Of a stretch of 64,000 nt of DNA, positions 58,301 through 64,000 are shown piece by piece. A model generated the notes under the pieces. It did no database searches. It was not told where the DNA came from and saw nothing but the letters and a program-made list of their open reading frames with translations. Position numbers and translations under genes: made by a program. The stretch is from Eledone cirrhosa (lineage: Eukaryota). The stretch is taken from assembly GCA_964016885.1 (NCBI GenBank), contig OZ024757.1, positions 32,922,001 through 32,986,000 on the forward strand, in the 5' to 3' direction. Position 1 is the stretch's first letter. Each line of letters opens with the position of its first letter.

Positions 58301-59686
58301 TGTTTAAGGCAACAACACAGTTCTCTGGAAGGGGTGAATATATGTTTAAGACAGCAACATAGTTCTCTGGAAGGGGTGAATATATGTCTAAGATAGCCAC
58401 ACATAGTTCTCTGGAAGGAGTGAATATATGTTTAAGACAGCAACACATAGTTCTCTGGAAGGGGAGAAGCTATATTTAAAATAACAACAAATATAGCATT
58501 GGATGGAGAGAAGATTGCAACTAATAAACAGGGACAAAAATTATTTAAGATAACAACAAATGGTACTCTGAACAGGGAGAAATATTTTAAAAATAACAAC
58601 TAATATAGCATTGGATGGGGAGAAGATAGATTTAAGATATTATGGACATGCAGTTGGAAAGTCTCAGGAAAGAATCAACGGACAGATTTTATGGGCAAAA
58701 CCAACCGGGAGGAGACCCAGGGGTAGACCCTCAAGCAAGATGGTTGGATAACATCCATGAGCTCAGCTGGTCTCGTTTGGGGATCCAACTGGATCAATAG
58801 GAGATGGTTTCTTCTGACATGACCCACTGGAAGGCATGCTTGAGGACTCTGCCCCCAAATCCTTCCCAGGAATGTGTGGACAAAGAAGAACCAATATAGT
58901 ACTATGGAAGGGCAAAAAATATATTTAAGATAGCAGCAAATATGGCTTTCTGCAAGGGACAACAAAATATTTAAAATAGCAACAAATATGACACTCTGGA
59001 AAGGAAGAAGTTATATTTGAAATATCAACATATATGACACTCTGGAATGGGAGAACATACATTTAACCCTTTAGCATTCCCATTACTCTATATTTACTAT
59101 TGTATTTTCACGGTAAAGGCTTTATGTCACATAATATCAAATCTATGAGATTTTGATATTATTTATTTTGAGAACAATACCTTAACATCAGTATGAGCGG
59201 CTGGTTACAGCTGGTTTGAACACAAAGAGGTGAGAGAATTCTGGCTGAATATGGCCAGTTTAAATGCTAAAGGATTAAGATAGTAATAACAACATCTCTA
59301 CTATGACAGAAAAAATGATGGCAGCAGTGATGAAAACATGTATACTTACTGCGATGGCACCAAGCAAAGTTATAATATCTGGCCAAAGCAGGGAAAGAAA
59401 TCCTTGCCAATCGAAAGATGGGTGTTTATTTTCAAATTCTTTAACACTATCATCCACAACTCTAGAAGATGCACAGTTGGCTTGAAAAGCTATACTTTTA
59501 CATAAATACACAGAACTAAGACCAAGTGCTGATATTTTAAGATTCTTATAGTTGAAAACTGTTCTGGCTGATTTGCAACTTTTATCTGAAATTAGGGCTA
59601 TCCTTGGCTTCCCAATCACTCTGCTTAGATGTTTCAGTGTGTTCTGGCCATTTGTTGTATTTGAAAGTGGTTTCCCAGATAAATAC
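40505..59686 (-). CDS. ABCB8: Mitochondrial ABC half-transporter ABCB8, 17 coding exons (~682 codons); first coding exon not found
   Basis: All exons GT-AG with matching phases. TMD plus NBD with Walker A GQSGSGKST, Q-loop NQEPVLF, signature LSGGQKQR, Walker [13 protein letters not shown] and H-loop [12 protein letters not shown]8-typical segments [13 protein letters not shown] and [13 protein letters not shown]. Confidence 0.95.
41093..41181 (-). CDS. ABCB8: ABCB8 exon ([18 protein letters not shown]...GKIVE)
   Basis: 89 nt. Confidence 0.92.
41530..41588 (-). CDS. ABCB8: ABCB8 exon ([19 protein letters not shown])
   Basis: 59 nt. Confidence 0.92.
42577..42755 (-). CDS. ABCB8: ABCB8 exon ([11 protein letters not shown]...[15 protein letters not shown]...ILDEAT)
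   Basis: 179 nt, signature motif and Walker B. Confidence 0.93.
43463..43534 (-). CDS. ABCB8: ABCB8 exon ([24 protein letters not shown])
   Basis: 72 nt. Confidence 0.92.
43790..44285. repeat. Old ~115-122-bp tandem repeat, ~4 copies
   Basis: Recurring ttat(c/t)aacaag...agagcaag.tt..gtagataagtt.cat from ~43791, 43914, 44035, 44152 and 44264. Confidence 0.75.
44299..44432 (-). CDS. ABCB8: ABCB8 exon ([14 protein letters not shown]...GIINQ)
   Basis: 134 nt. Confidence 0.92.
44980..45052 (-). CDS. ABCB8: ABCB8 exon (AVITNLSL...AIVGQSGS)
   Basis: 73 nt, first half of Walker A. Confidence 0.92.
45356..45959. mobile_element. piggyBac-type MITE expanded by an internal 57-72-bp tandem array
   Basis: TTAA/TIR ends; ~7 repeats of cattcacattactctatatatacta..atattttcacagtaaaggctttacc. 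Confidence 0.88.
46722..46841 (-). CDS. ABCB8: ABCB8 exon (FINTKP...[18 protein letters not shown])
   Basis: 120 nt. Confidence 0.92.
48232..48304 (-). CDS. ABCB8: ABCB8 exon ([24 protein letters not shown])
   Basis: 73 nt. Confidence 0.92.
49200..49305 (-). CDS. ABCB8: ABCB8 exon ([11 protein letters not shown]...[14 protein letters not shown])
   Basis: 106 nt. Confidence 0.92.
49659..49756 (-). CDS. ABCB8: ABCB8 exon (LYNNEV...[14 protein letters not shown])
   Basis: 98 nt. Confidence 0.92.
50656..50741 (-). CDS. ABCB8: ABCB8 exon ([24 protein letters not shown])
   Basis: 86 nt. Confidence 0.92.
52010..52578 (-). mobile_element. Non-autonomous Helitron
   Basis: TC 5' end; cctgagcaacgccggg hairpin and CTAG 3' end, flanked by TA repeats. 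Confidence 0.7.
53032..53172 (-). CDS. ABCB8: ABCB8 exon ([16 protein letters not shown]...LSRQSQAQ)
   Basis: 141 nt. Confidence 0.92.
54327..54402 (-). CDS. ABCB8: ABCB8 exon ([25 protein letters not shown])
   Basis: 76 nt, phases fit. Confidence 0.92.
54422..54557. repeat. (GAT/GGT)n microsatellite
   Basis: Direct reading; ~20 nt upstream of an ABCB8 acceptor. Confidence 0.95.
55248..55424. mobile_element. Tc1/mariner-type MITE
   Basis: TIR ctgtatatact/agtatatacag flanked by TA. Confidence 0.65.
55485..55810 (+). mobile_element. tRNA-derived CORE-like SINE with RTE-type (GAT)n tail
   Basis: A box TGGCTTAGTGG, B box GAGTTCAATTC, ccttgagcaa.acacttt core. Confidence 0.9.
55906..56051 (-). 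CDS. ABCB8: ABCB8 exon ([16 protein letters not shown]...[16 protein letters not shown])
   Basis: 146 nt, TAG acceptor, GTGAG donor. Confidence 0.92.
56507..56818. mobile_element. pogo/Tigger-like MITE
   Basis: TIR cagtggaacct/aggttccactg. Confidence 0.7.
56867..57213 (-). mobile_element. Same SINE family as 55485-55810, inverted
   Basis: Reverse-complement match over its whole length. Confidence 0.92.
57352..57507 (-). CDS. ABCB8: ABCB8 exon ([18 protein letters not shown]...CYILQ)
   Basis: 156 nt, phase 0/0. Confidence 0.92.
57590..58465. repeat. 42/44-bp minisatellite (~20 copies) derived from the adjacent ABCB8 intron/exon junction
   Basis: Unit acatagttctctggaaggggtgaatatatgtttaagacagca; degenerate copies extend to ~59060. 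Confidence 0.95.
59063..59278. mobile_element. piggyBac-type MITE
   Basis: TTAA/TIR ends. Confidence 0.85.
59350..59686 (-). CDS. ABCB8: ABCB8 exon (basic N-terminal region to [19 protein letters not shown])
   Basis: 337 nt, CAG acceptor, GTAAGT donor. Confidence 0.85.
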
Positions 59687-60141
59687 CTGAAAGTAGAGCA
59701 GGAATAATAGTTGAAAATAAAATAAAATGCACTCATCCCAATGCAAAGGACCATAATAATAGTTAATCGCTATAAATGTAGTGGACCTCAGTCAGTTTTC
59801 GCGATGAGTGTCCCAGTTGTTCAATCAACAGAACAGACTGCTCATGAAACTAACGTGTAAATGGCTGAGCTTTCCACAGACACGTGTGCCCATGAAGTAA
59901 TTCTCAGGGAGATTCAGAATGACACAGTGTGTAATAACACTGGCCCTTTCAATAACAGCTTCAGTGCGTTTGATGGGCTTCCAAAGAGTTTCTGTCTACT
60001 AAATTTTATTGACAAGGCAACCTGAGGCTATGGTAAATGACACTTGCCCAAAATGCCATGCAGTGGGATTGAACCAAGGACTCATGATAGTGAAGCAAAC
60101 TTCTTAACCAATCGGCCATGACACACACACACACACACACG

Positions 60142-60480
60142 TCATCATCATCATCATTTTACGTCCGCTTTTCCCTGCTTGCAAGGGTGGGACGGGAACT
60201 GATTCTGGCTTGACTTCTACAGCTGGATGCCCTTCCTAACACCAACCTCATTTACAGTGAGTGCTGGGTGCTTTTTTGCCGTGGCACCTACACGACCACT
60301 TTGCAGTGGAATGATAGGGACCCCAGTCCCTATCATCTCATTTCTACAGCTGAGTAAACTGGAGCAATGTGAAATAAAGTGTCTTGCTCAAGGAAACAAC
60401 ACATCACCCGGTCTGAGAATTGAACTCACAACCTTTCGATTGCAAGGCCAATGCTCTAACCACTAAGCCATGTGCCTCCA
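60142..60480 (-). mobile_element. Same SINE family as 55485-55810, inverted, almost identical
   Basis: Only a few mismatches over ~325 bp. Confidence 0.92.
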
Positions 60481-60719
60481 TTATATATATATGTGCCTCC
60501 ATGTATATATGTGTATATTCGTAGAATCGAGGCGTATCTGAGGATCTTGCGATTTCAGAGTCAGGTTCGATCATTGCATCAATCGTGCCTCGAGCTGGTC
60601 GCCAGAGAAATGATTGTAATATGACTAATAAATCTTATTCGTCGCAACACTGATTCTTCGTTTCTTATGTGATATTATACTCTGCTCTGTAAGAGCATAG
60701 AGTGTTCAAACGGCCTACC

Positions 60720-61140
60720 TCCAATTACCAATTATATATATATATAGCATCCCACACCAATTACCAATTATATATATATATAGCATCCCACACCAATTAC
60801 CAATTATATATATATATAGCATCCCACACCAATTACCAATTATATATATATATAGCATCCCACACCAATTACCAATTATATATATATATAGCATCCCACA
60901 CCAATTACCAATTATATATATATATAGCATCCCACACCAATTACCAATTATATATATATATAGCATCCCACACCAATTACCAATTATATATATATATATA
61001 GCATCCCACACCAATTACCAATTATATATATATATAGCATCCCACACCAATTACCAATTATATATATATATATAGCATCCCACACCAATTACCAATTATA
61101 TATATATATAGCATCCCACACCAATTACCAATTATATATA
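60720..61140. repeat. ~36-bp minisatellite containing (TA)n, ~11-12 copies
   Basis: Unit ccaattaccaattatatatatatatagcatcccaca. Confidence 0.95.
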
Positions 61141-61871
61141 TATATATATATATATTTATTTATTTCGGACCTGAACATTCCTTTCTATAGACAAGGTGTC
61201 CCAAAAAATGTATACACACTTCAACAGCATTCTAATAAATATGTATATACACGCTGTATATATATATATTCCATCAGCATCACATATATATAATACAAAT
61301 ATATATGAGCAAGACATGGTCATCTGATCTAGCTTGTCTCACAATGGGACAACTTGTCTAACCCATGGTAGCATGGAAAAATGGACATTAAATGATGATG
61401 ATGATTATATATACACACAGATATATATACACACACATATTTATACACATATATATATACTCTTCGTATTTTAGTCTTCACATTTATTATTATTACTATA
61501 TATATATATATAGAGAGAGAGAGAATAAATACAGACAACACATATTTGTAATATATGTAATGTATGTCTATTGTCTGAGAAAATATAATGACATAATACA
61601 TAATTCCACAATCCAGCAAGTCCTATTCACTTACACAAAAAAAACAATTGTGTTCTAAGCCTGCAATAGATACTTGAATAAAGAACAATACCTAAGAAAG
61701 ACAAATCCTTTTATGTAATAAACTATAAAGCCTTGACATGTCTTTTCTTGTCTCTAATCTCTACTGTAAAGGCACATGGCTAGTCGTTAAGCTGATGATC
61801 GTACAGTCGTGAGTTCAATCTCTAGCAGAGTAATGTGTTTTGAGTAAAGACAATGTATTTTACATTCCTTG

Positions 61872-62160
61872 TAATGGTGACACAAGAAAAAGTGCCCAGT
61901 CCACACTGTAAGGTGGTCATACTGAGGACATGACAAAAAGCACCCAGTCCACACTGTAAAGTGGTTGTGATGGTGACATGATAAAAAGCACCCAGTCTAC
62001 ACTGTAGAGTGATTGTGATGGTGACATGATAAAAAGCACCCAGTCCACACTGTAGAGTGATTGTGATGGTGACATAAGAAAAAGTGCCCAGTCCACAGTG
62101 CAAAATGGTTGTGTTGGTGACACAACAAAAAAGCACCCAATCCACACTGTGAAGTGGTCA
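61872..62160. repeat. ~48-bp tandem repeat from the SINE tail, ~6 copies
   Basis: ggtgacatgataaaaagcacccagtccacactgtagagtgattgtgat. Confidence 0.85.
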
Positions 62161-62432
62161 TGTTGTCCGACGCTCTACTGATAAGCAGTCACCATGCTTT
62201 ACAGCAGAGTTAGAGCCCTTTATGTTCTGAGTTCAAATTCCACCGAGGTTAGCTATCAATTGTGATAATCTCATTGATTTTGTACATGGATGTAATGTCA
62301 TTTCTAGAATCTTGTATTTCGTATGTGGTGATGGCAAGATGTTAGTAATTAATTAATATGGCATGTGATTCTTAAAATAAATTGTGTTTATTTATAAGCA
62401 TTCTATTGAAATACCTTTTGAGGAACCTCATA

Positions 62433-62651
62433 TTAACCCTTTAGCATTTAAACCGGCCATATCTGGTCATAATTCTCTCACCTCTTTCTGTTCAAACTGG
62501 CCACTCATACTGATATTAAGGTATTGTTCTCAAAATGAATAACATCAAAATCTCGTAGATTCAATATTATATGAGATAATTATGTAAGATGAAGCCTTTA
62601 CTGTGAAAATATAATAGTAAATATAGAATAATACAAATGCTAAAGGGTTAA
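62433..62651. mobile_element. piggyBac-type MITE
   Basis: ttaaccctttagcattt...aaatgctaaagggttaa. Confidence 0.88.
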
Positions 62652-64000
62652 TGTAAAGTGGTAAATTGTCAGAGTTGTTAGAATGTCGGATAGAATGCTT
62701 TGTGGTATTCATTTTGGTTGTCTGTGCTCTGAATTCAAAACCTGCTCATATTAGTACAAGGTGAGAGAATTCTGGCCAGATACGGCTGGTTTAAATGCTT
62801 AGGGTTAAAGAATGAAAATATTGAATAAAATAACAGGTCATCAGATCAGACCAAAGAAACCATGTTTCCATCGGTCTTTCCAATTGCTACTACTATCTAA
62901 CGGTCACAAATCCAGGCATAATAATATAAGCTGTGTGAAAATAGGGCTAAAGTTAAGTTGGATGACTCCCCAATGTTTAAATTAAATGTATTAAAGAATG
63001 AAAATATTGAATAAAAGGAAAAGAAAAGAACCGGTCATCAGATTAGACCAAATAAACAATGTTTTAATTGGTGTTTCCATTGCTGATATTTCTGCCAATC
63101 CTAACTCCTGGCAGAAATAAAGGAAGTAAGAATTAAACTCAAGGTGCACACAGCCACAACAGATACCGCAAAACACCTTATCTGACTCTTTAACAATTCT
63201 GCTAACCCACTGCCCCTACTTGCGATGGATAGGTGTCCTGTCCAGGAAAGGGGTGGTAGTGGTGGTGTCTTATACTCTCAGTCGCTTCATGCCATGGAAA
63301 CCGGGATAAACACTGGCCTGAGGAGCCTCCAGGCTTGAAACAGACTGCCACTGCTAGATTAGTAATTAACATTGAATAAAGAAACGAATATGTTGTTTTA
63401 TATATTTCCAAATAATTGTGTGGGAGAAAAGAGAAGAAAATTCCGTATTTATATATCGATTCTTAAGGTCTGCCAAATTTTGAACCATTTTGTTGTCTAT
63501 TATTCTAATAGACAAGCTGTTCCTATTTTATATATATTCTTATGAATATTTTTTGTATACAATACATCACACTGTAAATGTAGTTGGTGTTAAGAAGGGC
63601 ATCCAGCTGTAAAATACCCGACCAAATTTACAGTCCTCGTTGGAGCAAGGTACAGTGTGGCCAGACTTGCCGCCCAGCGTGGAAAACCCGTCTAACCCAT
63701 GCAAGCATGGAAAAATAGATGTTAAACAGTGACGATGATGATGACATTTATAGATGCGTGCGTACGTATCAGTCTCTTATACCATCGATACCACAATGGT
63801 ACAAGCCTGGACAGTATGGGAGAATGGTCTCTGACGTGCACAATCTAAAGCACAAGTCGCCATGTGGCCCCACCCGAGGACAGAATGGAGAAACCATTAC
63901 CCTCGGAGGATAGCAAGAGAAACGTGTTGAAATAACCATTCCAACTGGCGAGGCTCGCTCCTGCGGGTGGCCAATTCCATCCTGAGAAGGGATATAGTTC

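Noticed and set aside
57531-58448. Cys-rich ([14 protein letters not shown])n and related ORFs as stand-alone proteins
   Set aside because: Several frames stay open only because the unit is 42 bp; explained by the minisatellite.
63370-63470. Candidate ABCB8 first exon (minus-strand ATG GTT CAA AAT...)
   Set aside because: No convincing phase-2 donor before the stop and no targeting-peptide character; exon 1 left unassigned.

Overview
AT-rich, repeat-dense animal genomic DNA. The tRNA-derived SINE types, (GAT)n-tailed RTE relics and (TA)n/(CA)n microsatellites point to a coleoid cephalopod, probably Octopus (inference). Two spliced genes face each other tail-to-tail: the last 5 coding exons of BCAS3 on + (3023-9146) and 17 coding exons of the mitochondrial ABC transporter ABCB8 on - (59686 to stop at 40505; no first coding exon found). 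Both models were assembled by hand with GT-AG sites and consistent phases. The ~31 kb between them holds a pseudogenised 3-exon ABCB8 duplicate, CR1, RTE, Tx1-like and CRE retrotransposon relics, piggyBac-type MITEs, Helitrons, a ~490 bp inverted repeat, minisatellites and two convergent NRF1/YY1 promoter-like cassettes. Most other ORFs in the track are microsatellite or repeat artefacts. The most notable observations are tandem arrays built from ABCB8's own splice junctions, near-identical inverted SINEs that could circularise a stop-free 639-nt three-exon unit, and several fold-back/template-switch signatures. I cannot demonstrate a new biological system from sequence alone; the findings are testable hypotheses.
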